Part shown: positions 46,092 through 54,977 of the stretch, piece after piece
Position numbering within the stretch: position 1 is the first letter of the stretch
Layout of the letters: the number at the start of each line of letters is the position of its first letter
NCBI GenBank assembly: GCA_036513055.1
Contig: DATBZT010000026.1
Location: 1-57,010, forward strand
Direction: 5' to 3'
Length of the DNA stretch: 57,010 nucleotides
Origin: Gemmatimonadaceae bacterium
GTDB lineage: Bacteria; Gemmatimonadota; Gemmatimonadetes; Gemmatimonadales; Gemmatimonadaceae
Translations under genes and position numbers: made by a program
The notes under the pieces: model-generated
Seen by the model: only the letters and a program-made list of their open reading frames with translations
Databases searched by the model: none
Told to the model about the DNA's origin: nothing

Positions 46092-47609
46092 ATGCGCACC
46101 ACCTTGGAGGGACGTCGCTTCGACTTGCTCGTGATCGGCGGAGGGGTCACTGGAGCTGGTGTCGCCAGAGACGCAGCCATGCGCGGCCTGCAGGTCGCGC
46201 TCGTGGAAAAGGACGATTTTGCGAGCGGAACGTCGAGCAAATCCTCGCGATTGGTGCACGGCGGAATCCGCTATCTCGAGCACCGCCAGTTCGGAATGGT
46301 GCGGGAGAGCGTGCGGGAGCGAGAGACCCTCTTGCGCATCGCTCCTCACCTGGTGCACCCGCTCGAATTCACCTGGCCGGTGTATCGCGGGGCGCGAATC
46401 TCGCGACTCAAGCTGCGCGTGGCGCTGGGAGTGTACGACTCCCTTGGCGGAAGGTTCTGGTCGCGGTCGCACCGCATGCTGTCGAGAGACGGTGTTCTCG
46501 CGCATGAGCCAGCCCTCGGAAGGGATGGCCTGAAGGGAGGCGCCGTCTATCAGGATGCTGCCACGGACGACAGCCGGCTGACGCTGGCCAACGCGCTCAG
46601 TGCCGAGGCATTCGGCGCCATAACGCTCAACCACACCGAGGCACTTCGACCGGTTTCCCGGGATCGCAGCGAATGGATCGTGGATGTCCGCGATAAGCTC
46701 ACCGGGATGGAATCAGAGGTTCGGGCGACCGTGATAGTGAACGCCACCGGACCGTGGCGGCTGAATCTCGAGCGGCGCTGGCCACAGCGGACGGCACAAC
46801 GCCGGGGCAGCAAGGGGGTGCATATCGCCGTTCCGTCGGAGCGAGTGGGCAACCGGGCAGCCGTGACGATGATTTCGCCCGAAGACGGCAGGGTCATGTT
46901 CGTCCTTCCCGGCACGCGGCGTACGATCATTGGAACGACCGACACGTGGACTGAAGAGGTACCGGATGACGTGCGGGCTTCCGAGTCGGACATCGCATAC
47001 CTGCTGAAGTCAGCGAATGCCTGCTTTCCGGACGCCCGGCTCAGTGAGACAGATGTGATCAGCGCGTGGGCGGGCATCCGGCCGCTGGCCGACTGGGAGG
47101 CCTCCAGCAACCCTTCAGAGGTGTCACGCGAGCACCGAATCGCCCGCAATGGTGCCGGCATGATAACCGTGAGCGGGGGCAAGCTGACCACCTACCGCGC
47201 AATGGCTGCTGAGATTGTGGATGCGGTGGAGCGCGAGCTGGGCAGAAAGCCGTCGCACTGCAAGACGGCCGAGACCGTACTCGCCGGCGGCGAGCGTGAG
47301 GTGGAAATCGCGTCGCTCATTCGCGCCGATGCGACTCTGGGCAATCTGATCGTGCCCGGGCTGCCATACACGATGGCCGAGCTGCGCTACGCCGTCCAGA
47401 ACGAGATGGCCGTCAATCTGAGCGACCTGTTGATTCGCCGCACTCGCGTGGCGCATGAAACGCCGGATCACGGAGCAGCCGCGCTCGAGTCGGTCGGCAG
47501 CCTTGTCGCGCCACTCCGGAAGTGGAGCGCCGACAGGCTTCGCCAGGAAATGGGAGCTTACGACGTCGAGGTGGAGCGGATCTTCGGCGTGGCCCCTGGC
47601 GCAGTTTAG
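46092..47609 (+). CDS. glpD: FAD-dependent glycerol-3-phosphate dehydrogenase/oxidase
   Basis: GGGVTG, GTSSKSSRLVHGGIRYL, IGTTD, GIRPL, GGKLTTYR. Confidence 0.92.
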   Translation: MRTTLEGRRFDLLVIGGGVTGAGVARDAAMRGLQVALVEKDDFASGTSSKSSRLVHGGIRYLEHRQFGMVRESVRERETLLRIAPHLVHPLEFTWPVYRGARISRLKLRVALGVYDSLGGRFWSRSHRMLSRDGVLAHEPALGRDGLKGGAVYQDAATDDSRLTLANALSAEAFGAITLNHTEALRPVSRDRSEWIVDVRDKLTGMESEVRATVIVNATGPWRLNLERRWPQRTAQRRGSKGVHIAVPSERVGNRAAVTMISPEDGRVMFVLPGTRRTIIGTTDTWTEEVPDDVRASESDIAYLLKSANACFPDARLSETDVISAWAGIRPLADWEASSNPSEVSREHRIARNGAGMITVSGGKLTTYRAMAAEIVDAVERELGRKPSHCKTAETVLAGGEREVEIASLIRADATLGNLIVPGLPYTMAELRYAVQNEMAVNLSDLLIRRTRVAHETPDHGAAALESVGSLVAPLRKWSADRLRQEMGAYDVEVERIFGVAPGAV

Positions 47610-47651
47610 GCGCTGTCCTTGCGGCAGACGGCGTCTTTGCCGCCGAATCGA

Positions 47652-48119
47652 CTACGGCTGATGGATTGTCTTCAGCTCCACGATCCTGAGCTTCCGCGTC
47701 TTGGCGGGCAACCGCAGAATAGTGATCTCGCCAACGGATCGTCCCACCAGCGACAGGCCGATTGGTGAAGACATGCTCACGTGTCCATCCTCGAACTCCA
47801 CAGAATCGCCGAATACCAGGCTGAATGCTTCGTGCTCGCCGCTTTCCTCATCCTTCACTACCACGCGCGAGCCAAGCCCCACTTTGTCGGCGGGAATCTG
47901 ATTGATGTCGATGCTCGACAGCTTGCTGAGCCGCTGGCGCAGCTGGCCAAGCCGCGCCTGGACGAGCTGCTGACGCTCAAGGGCCGCCTTGTACTCGCTG
48001 TTTTCGCGTAGATCGCCCATTTCGACCGCTCGGCGTATCTCGCGTGGCAGCACGACGTTCAGCTCGTACTGGAGCTTCTCGACCTCCTCGCCGAGCTTTG
48101 CCTTGAGTTCTTCAATCAT
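47652..48119 (-). CDS. greA: Transcription elongation factor GreA
   Basis: GDLRENSEY and SPIGLSLVG motifs. Confidence 0.92.
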   Translation of the reverse strand: MIEELKAKLGEEVEKLQYELNVVLPREIRRAVEMGDLRENSEYKAALERQQLVQARLGQLRQRLSKLSSIDINQIPADKVGLGSRVVVKDEESGEHEAFSLVFGDSVEFEDGHVSMSSPIGLSLVGRSVGEITILRLPAKTRKLRIVELKTIHQP

Positions 48120-48146
48120 CGTGGGGTACGTCCGGTGATGCGGGAC

Positions 48147-48218
48147 AAAAGCCGAGCGTCGTTCCCTGGGGAACGACGCCCGTTATCTGAAGCTAGAGAC
48201 TGTCCCACACTCTCGCAA
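48147..48218 (-). promoter_or_regulatory. sigma70-type promoter plus a terminator-like leader hairpin upstream of greA
   Basis: TTGCGA-17 nt-TAGCTT, then CGGGCGTCGTTCC-CCAG-GGAACGACGCTCG followed by GCTTTTGT. Confidence 0.68.
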
Positions 48219-48261
48219 TCGCTACGCCATCACGAGCCGCCGCGCCGCCCGGCTGCGAAAA

Positions 48262-49251
48262 TCAGTCGGTGGGGGCGGGCTCGCGGCGCTCCCGCCCTCC
48301 CCGGCGCTCCGGCTTGCGGGTCTGCGATTCGTACGCGCGGATCACCGTAGAGGCGGCCTCGACGGGATCGTCGGTGAGGACCATGAGGTCCATGTCGCCC
48401 GGCGAGATCTTCCGTTCCGCCAGAACGCGCGACTGTAACCATCTCAGCAGGCCCGCCCAGTAGTGGCGGCCGAAGAGGATCACCGGAAACTGGTAGATCT
48501 TGCCAGTCTGGATGAGGGCCACCGCCTCGAACAGCTCATCGAGCGTCCCAAAGCCCCCGGGAAAGATGATGAAGGCCACTGAATACTTGATGAACATCGT
48601 CTTCCGCACGAAGAAGTAGCGGAATTGAATCAGCGTATCGACAAAGGGATTCGCGCCCTGCTCGAAGGGCAGCTCGATGTTGCAGCCGATCGAATGTCCT
48701 CCGGCGAGCCGTGCGCCTTTGTTGGCGGCCTCCATGATGCCAGGGCCTGCGCCGGTGATGATCGCGAAGCCGGCCTCCGCCAGCAGGCGGGCGACTTCCT
48801 GCGCCGCGATGTAATACGGATCCTCCGGAGATACCCGGGCAGAGCCGAAGACGGTCACACCTTTGTCGACCGCTGCCAGTGTATCGAACCCTTCGACGAA
48901 CTCCGACGTGATGCGCATCACGCGCCAGGGGTCGGTCTTGGTGAAGCTCTCGCCAGGCGCGGGTGCCTGGAGGAGCTTCTCGTCCTCCGTCATCGGCTCG
49001 GTGTAGTCACGGATTGCGTCGTCGATGACGCGGGTTGCGCCCGCCTGCCTGGCGGCCGTCATCTGTGATGGCGGCGTGCGCCCCGCCATCATGTGTCCTT
49101 CTTCTGTCCGCTCCTTCAGGCCGGCGCGGGCGCCTTCCTCGGCCGAGGCCTGCATCGCCGGATCGAACTTCTTCCCCGTTGGTGTCCGCGCCTGTTTTCG
49201 CCGCGTTCGCGGCCCGGCTGCTCTCGCAACGGTATCTTTCTTATTCTTCAT
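48262..49251 (-). CDS. LOG family (TIGR00730) nucleotide phosphoribohydrolase
   Basis: FGSAR, TGAGPGIMEA, FFVRK, PGGFGTLDE; low-complexity N-terminal extension. Confidence 0.9.
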   Translation of the reverse strand: MKNKKDTVARAAGPRTRRKQARTPTGKKFDPAMQASAEEGARAGLKERTEEGHMMAGRTPPSQMTAARQAGATRVIDDAIRDYTEPMTEDEKLLQAPAPGESFTKTDPWRVMRITSEFVEGFDTLAAVDKGVTVFGSARVSPEDPYYIAAQEVARLLAEAGFAIITGAGPGIMEAANKGARLAGGHSIGCNIELPFEQGANPFVDTLIQFRYFFVRKTMFIKYSVAFIIFPGGFGTLDELFEAVALIQTGKIYQFPVILFGRHYWAGLLRWLQSRVLAERKISPGDMDLMVLTDDPVEAASTVIRAYESQTRKPERRGGRERREPAPTD

Positions 49252-49314
49252 GACTTCCAGTTATGGGCGCCTGCTCGCCTCGGCGGCCTTTCCGCGTGCG
49301 CGGGCGCTCGCAAG

Positions 49315-50751
49315 ATGCGTGCGGAAACATCCCACTCGCCAGATGATCGTGTGTCAGTCGTTGTAATCGTTGCCGATGGGGCACGCCCCGATACGCTCGC
49401 CGCTGCCATCGACAGCGGGTCGCTGCCCTCTCTTGCCCGGCTCCGGGCGGAGGGCGGGTTTCATACGGTGACTTCCGCCTTTCCCTCGGTTACCGGGCCG
49501 GCCTACGCGCCATTCCTCATGGGCCGTTATCCGGGACCGGCCGGCCTCCCCGGTCTGCGATGGTATGACCGCAGCCGTACCGTATCCAGGCTTCCGGGAC
49601 ACTCGCGCAGCTACGTTGGACCAGAGATGCGCCACGTCGACAGCGACCTCGATTCATCGACGCCGACGATCTTCGAGCTCGTTCCCAGGAGCATTGCCGC
49701 CCTGAACGTCATTGGTCGTGGTCTGGCAAACCGCAATCGCATTGGGCGCAGCCCGCGGTTTGTTACGCGTGCGGCGCTGACACATTTCGCTGGCAACGTC
49801 AGAGGATGGCTGGCGATAGATCGAGACATCGGAAGCGCGGTCGCGCAGCAGATCCGGACGAAAAATCCGGACTTTGTTTTCGCTGCCCTAACCGGCATTG
49901 ACAAGACATCGCATTCCGGCGGTCACGATGCGTCGATCGTCATGGACGCGCTGCGCATTGTCGACGCCACCGTTGAGGAGATTCGCGACGACGCCGAACG
50001 CGCGGGCAGCTGGGACGACATGCACCTCTGGGTGGTGAGCGACCATGGGCACTCACCCGTAGCCGGCCACGAGGATCTCGTGGGGCTGATGCGCAGCCTC
50101 GGCCGCCGCGCCATTGCCCACCCGTGGGTCTACTCGATGTCCGCCGACGTTGCCGTGATGGTGAGCGGCAACGCGATGGCCCACATCTATCTCGACCTGG
50201 CCGAGCGCGAGCGGCCGTGGTGGCCGTCGCACGATTCGGGCTGGAATGAGATTGCCGAGCTGCTGCTCACCCGCCAATCGGTGGACTTGATGATTCTTCC
50301 CCGGTCGCCAGGTGAGTGCGAAGTGCACGGGCGGGCGCGGGGATATGCGCTCATGACCTGGGAGCACGACAGGATCTCGTACCAGCCGGTAACCGGTGAT
50401 CCACTGCAGATAGGAGAGCGCCGCGAGCTCGACAACGCCGCGGCCTACGAGGCGTGCATCGCCAGTGACTACCCCGACGCGCTGGTGCAGATCGCGAACC
50501 TCGCCGGCGCGCCCAGGTCAGGTGAGATCATCCTGTCCGCCACACGCGGCTGGGATTTTCGCGCGCGCTATGAGCCCATTCCGCACCTGTCCTCGCATGG
50601 AGCGCTCCATCGCGAGCATATGCTCGTGCCACTCCTCGTGAACCGGCCGGTGGCGGGACTTCCTCGGCGAACAGTAGACGTGATGCCCAGCGCCTTGAGA
50701 GCACTGGGCATCGATATCCCTGGCGGATTGGACGGCAAGCCGTTCAACTGA
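49315..50751 (+). CDS. Alkaline phosphatase superfamily (type I phosphodiesterase/NPP-like) protein
   Basis: ADG, PSVT nucleophile, DKTSH, SDHG, SHG. Confidence 0.88.
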   Translation: MRAETSHSPDDRVSVVVIVADGARPDTLAAAIDSGSLPSLARLRAEGGFHTVTSAFPSVTGPAYAPFLMGRYPGPAGLPGLRWYDRSRTVSRLPGHSRSYVGPEMRHVDSDLDSSTPTIFELVPRSIAALNVIGRGLANRNRIGRSPRFVTRAALTHFAGNVRGWLAIDRDIGSAVAQQIRTKNPDFVFAALTGIDKTSHSGGHDASIVMDALRIVDATVEEIRDDAERAGSWDDMHLWVVSDHGHSPVAGHEDLVGLMRSLGRRAIAHPWVYSMSADVAVMVSGNAMAHIYLDLAERERPWWPSHDSGWNEIAELLLTRQSVDLMILPRSPGECEVHGRARGYALMTWEHDRISYQPVTGDPLQIGERRELDNAAAYEACIASDYPDALVQIANLAGAPRSGEIILSATRGWDFRARYEPIPHLSSHGALHREHMLVPLLVNRPVAGLPRRTVDVMPSALRALGIDIPGGLDGKPFN

Positions 50752-50777
50752 CCGGCGCCGGCGGTGTCATGCGGGAA

Positions 50778-51155
50778 CTAGGGGACGACCACCTGCGCCG
50801 TCATGCCAGCGTGAATGGTGCAGTGCAGGTTCCAGGTACCCGATTCATTGAACGTTCGCGACACGGTCCCCGAAGAAATTGACCCGATGTCCGTTACGCC
50901 CGTTGAGCGTGGAGCATCGAACACAATGTTGTGAGTCACACCCGAGCTATTGGTGAACGAGACCACAGTTCCCTTCGCCACGCTCAACTGCGACGGGTCG
51001 AAGCTGGCGCCCTGCATGCACAACGTGTTCGCCGCGCAGCCACCCGACGGCGGAGGTGGAGGCGGGGAGACGATGCCGATGCTGCCCCCGCCTCCGCCGC
51101 AGGCCTGAAACACCGCCAGCGCACCGAGCAACCCCAACAGACCAATCTTCCGCAT
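50778..51155 (-). CDS. Cupredoxin (plastocyanin/azurin-like) lipoprotein
   Basis: GGAGG RBS, lipobox FQAC, THN...CTIHAGM type-1 copper ligands. Confidence 0.88.
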   Translation of the reverse strand: MRKIGLLGLLGALAVFQACGGGGGSIGIVSPPPPPPSGGCAANTLCMQGASFDPSQLSVAKGTVVSFTNSSGVTHNIVFDAPRSTGVTDIGSISSGTVSRTFNESGTWNLHCTIHAGMTAQVVVP

Positions 51156-51310
51156 TGAGCATCCTCCCTGGCGGATCCGAGCCGCCGATGAACGCGGTGC
51201 GCCAGAGCGCCGACCCCCGTCGTAGCCGAGCGCGCGCCTGCTGTCTGAAGCTATTGCGCGTACATCAAGGTCGGTATGCCGTTCACCGCGGTCTGGCGGT
51301 TGTTCGCCGA

Positions 51311-52501
51311 TTACAGCACGAACTCCACCGGAATGTGAGGAGTTGTCGCGTCTGCAAGCTTTTCCGCGTCCCAGTTCGTGAGGCGCACGCATCCGTGTGA
51401 GCTCGCCAGGCCAATTGTCTCCGGCGTGGGGGTTCCGTGAATTCCCACGTGCTCCTTGGAAAGCGCGATCCATACGGTTCCGACCGGCGAATTCGGGCCG
51501 GGTGGAAGCCTGGCCTTTGGCTTGGAATGGGGAACGTCAGAAAAAAGAGTCGGGTCGTAACGGAAAGTCGGGTTGCGCGATACGGCCGTGACTTCCCAGT
51601 TGCCGTCAGGCGACGGATCGTACATCGAGCCAAGGGTGGACGGGAAGTGGAACACGATCGAGCCGTCCGCGGCAAGCGCCTGGACGTAGTTGCCGCTCTT
51701 TGAGATGTGAATCCGGGCGATCGATTTCTGAAACAGGTCCGGCCCGCGCTCAACGGACGGCACGAACAATTTCTCTCCCGCGGTGAGCGACGCGAAACTG
51801 ATCTTCGGGTTGAGCTTCTCGAGCAGCTCGGCGGTGGTGTGGAATCTCTCTGCGAGAAGCTCCAGCGGCGACGAGTAGCAGAGACACGCCAGCTTCGCCT
51901 GCTCGTAGACGTTGTGCGGAATTGGCACAAAAGGGCCTTTCAGCGATTCCCTGTCGACCGTGAATTCAGTGATCACATGATCGGTTCCGGCAACCGCCGC
52001 GAGGCGCGTGTATGTCTCCGCGTCGAGCACTCCCGTCGGAGGCAGTCGCTCGCTGTACTGGAACCAGTAGATCGCGATCTGGGTGGTTTTGGCGGCGCGC
52101 CCGCTGATTGCTCCAACCGAGAAGTTGGCGCGGTCGAGCAACACCTGAGCGCGGACAATGGCCGGCCCGCGCTCATACCGAAGCGTCTCTCTGGTTGGTG
52201 AGGCGTTCACCGCTTCGGGCGTAATGTCGTCGAAGTCGAGGTACCTGACTGTTGCATCGGCCCTGGCAAGCGGCTCGGCATGGGTGCCGACTCGCGGTGT
52301 CGAGCGGGGCGCCGGCACCACCACCGAAGCCCGGCGCAGCCGGTCGCGGTCAGCCGCCATGCGCCAGACGCTCGAGTCCAGTGAGATCGCAGCCACCTCG
52401 TCCGGCGACACCTCCGGAATGGGAATCGACACCCGCGGTCGTGCACAGCCTGCGGCGGCCAGTCCGGCAAGAAGTACGAGACTTGAACCAAGCGCTCTCA
52501 T
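51311..52501 (-). CDS. L,D-transpeptidase (YkuD) lipoprotein with a peptidoglycan-binding domain
   Basis: Lipobox AAGC; AQVLL...FQ...LPPTG; GPNSPVG, GIHGT, SHGCVRL. Confidence 0.92.
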   Translation of the reverse strand: MRALGSSLVLLAGLAAAGCARPRVSIPIPEVSPDEVAAISLDSSVWRMAADRDRLRRASVVVPAPRSTPRVGTHAEPLARADATVRYLDFDDITPEAVNASPTRETLRYERGPAIVRAQVLLDRANFSVGAISGRAAKTTQIAIYWFQYSERLPPTGVLDAETYTRLAAVAGTDHVITEFTVDRESLKGPFVPIPHNVYEQAKLACLCYSSPLELLAERFHTTAELLEKLNPKISFASLTAGEKLFVPSVERGPDLFQKSIARIHISKSGNYVQALAADGSIVFHFPSTLGSMYDPSPDGNWEVTAVSRNPTFRYDPTLFSDVPHSKPKARLPPGPNSPVGTVWIALSKEHVGIHGTPTPETIGLASSHGCVRLTNWDAEKLADATTPHIPVEFVL

Positions 52502-53232
52502 GAGCTAATCCCCGGAGGAGGACGTTCACGAAGCGTACCAGTCACGGTCTCTCGCGATGACGGAATGACTCCCTGTAGCACCACCCGCCAGTCACGGCCA
52601 GAAGCGGCGACGGCAACCACGTACGCGTCCGAGTGATCGACGAGGCAAACCACGGGGAGCTCCTGGCTGACATCGGACGTCAAATCGGACTCACGCCCGC
52701 TCTGAAGAACGCGCCACACGCTCGAGCCAAGCGCTTTGGCGAATGCCTCACGCTTCACCCAGCACGACAGAAATTCACGGTCGCGCAGTCCCGCTGGAGC
52801 GGTGGCGACGACGCTGGATTCTTCCGGGGACAAATAACGACGGGCTAGTTCCGCCGCGCGTGGCATTGGACGCAGGTGCTCGAGATCTACTCCCACCGGC
52901 CGCGATGCTGCCACAGCGTATACCGCGAGCCCCCCAGAGTGAGAAAGATTGAAGTGCACTTCGCGATTTCCGGCAAGCACAGGCTTTCCATTGCCCTCGG
53001 TTTCAAAGCGAAGACCGGCGGCCGGAGTGTCGACATATCGAGCGAGCAGCTCGCGGAGCATCCCGCGCGATACTATGTACTGGCGCCGTGCATTGGCATC
53101 GTGGAAACCGGCGGCGACCCGGCTCTCTTCGGGTGACAGAAGGCCGCTGATCCGGGTCAGCTCTTCCTCGTTCACCGCCAGCCCGGTTTCCCAGAGGTGG
53201 ATCTCGTCGCGACCGATTTCAATCGAGGTCAA
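52498..53232 (-). CDS. Sfp-type 4'-phosphopantetheinyl transferase
   Basis: GKP, FNLSHS, VGVDLE, WxxxEAxxKAxG. Confidence 0.9.
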   Translation of the reverse strand: MTSIEIGRDEIHLWETGLAVNEEELTRISGLLSPEESRVAAGFHDANARRQYIVSRGMLRELLARYVDTPAAGLRFETEGNGKPVLAGNREVHFNLSHSGGLAVYAVAASRPVGVDLEHLRPMPRAAELARRYLSPEESSVVATAPAGLRDREFLSCWVKREAFAKALGSSVWRVLQSGRESDLTSDVSQELPVVCLVDHSDAYVVAVAASGRDWRVVLQGVIPSSRETVTGTLRERPPPGISS

Positions 53233-53704
53233 TTATGTCCACCTCGGCGAATCCATCGACGATCGTGAGACGCGCAACACTTGGCTTGAGGTCGAACCTC
53301 CGCGCACCCGCTGCTCCGGGATTCACGACCAGCCGGTCATGCGAGCGAGTGACAAGCTGCCGGTGGGTATGGCCGTAGACGATCACATCCGCGTCGTACG
53401 CCGCGAGCAGCTTTCCCGGCGTGGGACTGCCCAGCTCATTCCCGTGACTGACATGTATGAGGAGTCCGCCGACCTCGATGCCAATTGCGGGAGGGAGGCT
53501 CGGATCGCCGGCGGGATCGGTGTTGCCATGGACCGCCCTCACGGGAGCGATGATCGCCAGCTCGTGCAGAACGTCATCACCGCCGACATCGCCCGCATGC
53601 AGAATGAACTCAACTCCGGCAAGCGCATCATGCACACCCGACCTCACCAGCCCATGGGTATCAGATATCAATCCAACGACGTGGCGGTCCGGAGTGCGGG
53701 TCAT
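53219..53704 (-). CDS. Metallophosphoesterase, YfcE/MJ0936 family
   Basis: SDTHG, HAGD, GNTD, SHG, GHTH, NPG. Confidence 0.92.
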   Translation of the reverse strand: MTRTPDRHVVGLISDTHGLVRSGVHDALAGVEFILHAGDVGGDDVLHELAIIAPVRAVHGNTDPAGDPSLPPAIGIEVGGLLIHVSHGNELGSPTPGKLLAAYDADVIVYGHTHRQLVTRSHDRLVVNPGAAGARRFDLKPSVARLTIVDGFAEVDIIDLD

Positions 53705-53721
53705 GGACTCTATATTAGCAG

Positions 53722-53973
53722 GTGATGACATGGGCCCGCCTTTCCCTCGCACTGGCGTTGAGATCGTTCGCCCATCCCACACTGGCGGTGGATCTGCTCC
53801 GGGTGGGATGGCGATTCAGGACGCGCGACTGGCACCGCCGCGCTCCGTTCCTGCCGCTTCCGGACACGACATACCTCCGATGGCGCATGTACACGGCCTT
53901 CGGCGACTTTGACGCGGTGCCAACGGCAGACGAAGTAGAGCGTTATGTCCGCTGGGCCACGGAAACCGCGTGA
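53722..53973 (+). CDS. Small hypothetical protein
   Basis: PFLPLP...YLRWRMYTAFG; GTGA overlap with queG. Confidence 0.7.
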   Translation: MMTWARLSLALALRSFAHPTLAVDLLRVGWRFRTRDWHRRAPFLPLPDTTYLRWRMYTAFGDFDAVPTADEVERYVRWATETA

Positions 53974-54965
53974 CTGTCGCCGAAAGTCCGACAACTGCGG
54001 GCCGCACCAGCTCGCTCGAGTCGCTGATCAAGGCGCAGGCCTTCGGGCTGGGGTTCGACCTCGCCGGCATCACCACGCTCGGCCCTGTCGAGACCGCCGG
54101 CGCGTTTGAGGACTGGCTTTCGGCGGGCTACGCGGGCGACATGGAGTATCTGCCCCGGGGCGCAGAAAAGCGCCGCGACACGCGGCTGCCAGTTGCTGGA
54201 GCGTGCAGCGCGATTGTGGTCGGCCTCAATTACGGAGGCACCACGCTGGGTGGGCCGGTTGCGCGTTATGCGCGCGGTGACGACTACCACGACGTAATGT
54301 GGAGAAAGCTCGGCGCGCTTCACGTGTGGCTCGGGCAGCTGCTGTCGCGCGACATACCGGGCAAGGCGTATGTGGACACGGGTCCGATTCTGGAACGCGA
54401 CCTCGCCCGGAAAGCAGGCCTCGGATGGTTTGGAAAGAACACCAATCTCATCAACCCGAAGCTCGGGTCATTCTTTTTCATCGGCGCGCTCCTCGTCGAT
54501 CTGGAGCTGGAGCCGGACGCGCCATTCGAGGCTGATCGCTGCGGCAGCTGTACCCGTTGCCTGGATGTGTGTCCAACCCAGGCGTTCGTCGCACCCCGGG
54601 TTCTCGACGCAACCCGATGCATCTCCTATCTCACGATCGAGTCGCGAGGCGGAATTCCCCTGGAGCTTCGCGAATTGGTTGGCGGCCTCGTATACGGGTG
54701 CGACATCTGTCAGGACGTTTGCCCCTGGAACCGCAAGTTCTCGACTGAGTCACGCGAGCCGGCGTTCGCCCCGCGTGCAGCTATCGCGGCGAAGGACGCG
54801 CGCACGCTCGCCCGCGAGATCCTCACGATGACGGAGGAAGCGTTCATGGTTGCCTTCCGAGGCTCGCCAATGAAGCGGGCAAAGCTCAGTGGGCTCAAGC
54901 GGAACGCGGCAGTGGTGTTGGCCAACATTGGCGATAAGCGCGACGTTGCCCTCATCGCCGGATAA
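53970..54965 (+). CDS. queG: tRNA epoxyqueuosine(34) reductase
   Basis: ARYARGDDYH, VDTGP, GWFGKN, CGSCTRCLDVCP, CISYLTIE, GCDICQDVCPWN. Confidence 0.95.
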   Translation: MTVAESPTTAGRTSSLESLIKAQAFGLGFDLAGITTLGPVETAGAFEDWLSAGYAGDMEYLPRGAEKRRDTRLPVAGACSAIVVGLNYGGTTLGGPVARYARGDDYHDVMWRKLGALHVWLGQLLSRDIPGKAYVDTGPILERDLARKAGLGWFGKNTNLINPKLGSFFFIGALLVDLELEPDAPFEADRCGSCTRCLDVCPTQAFVAPRVLDATRCISYLTIESRGGIPLELRELVGGLVYGCDICQDVCPWNRKFSTESREPAFAPRAAIAAKDARTLAREILTMTEEAFMVAFRGSPMKRAKLSGLKRNAAVVLANIGDKRDVALIAG

Positions 54966-54977
54966 ATTCCGAGGCCA

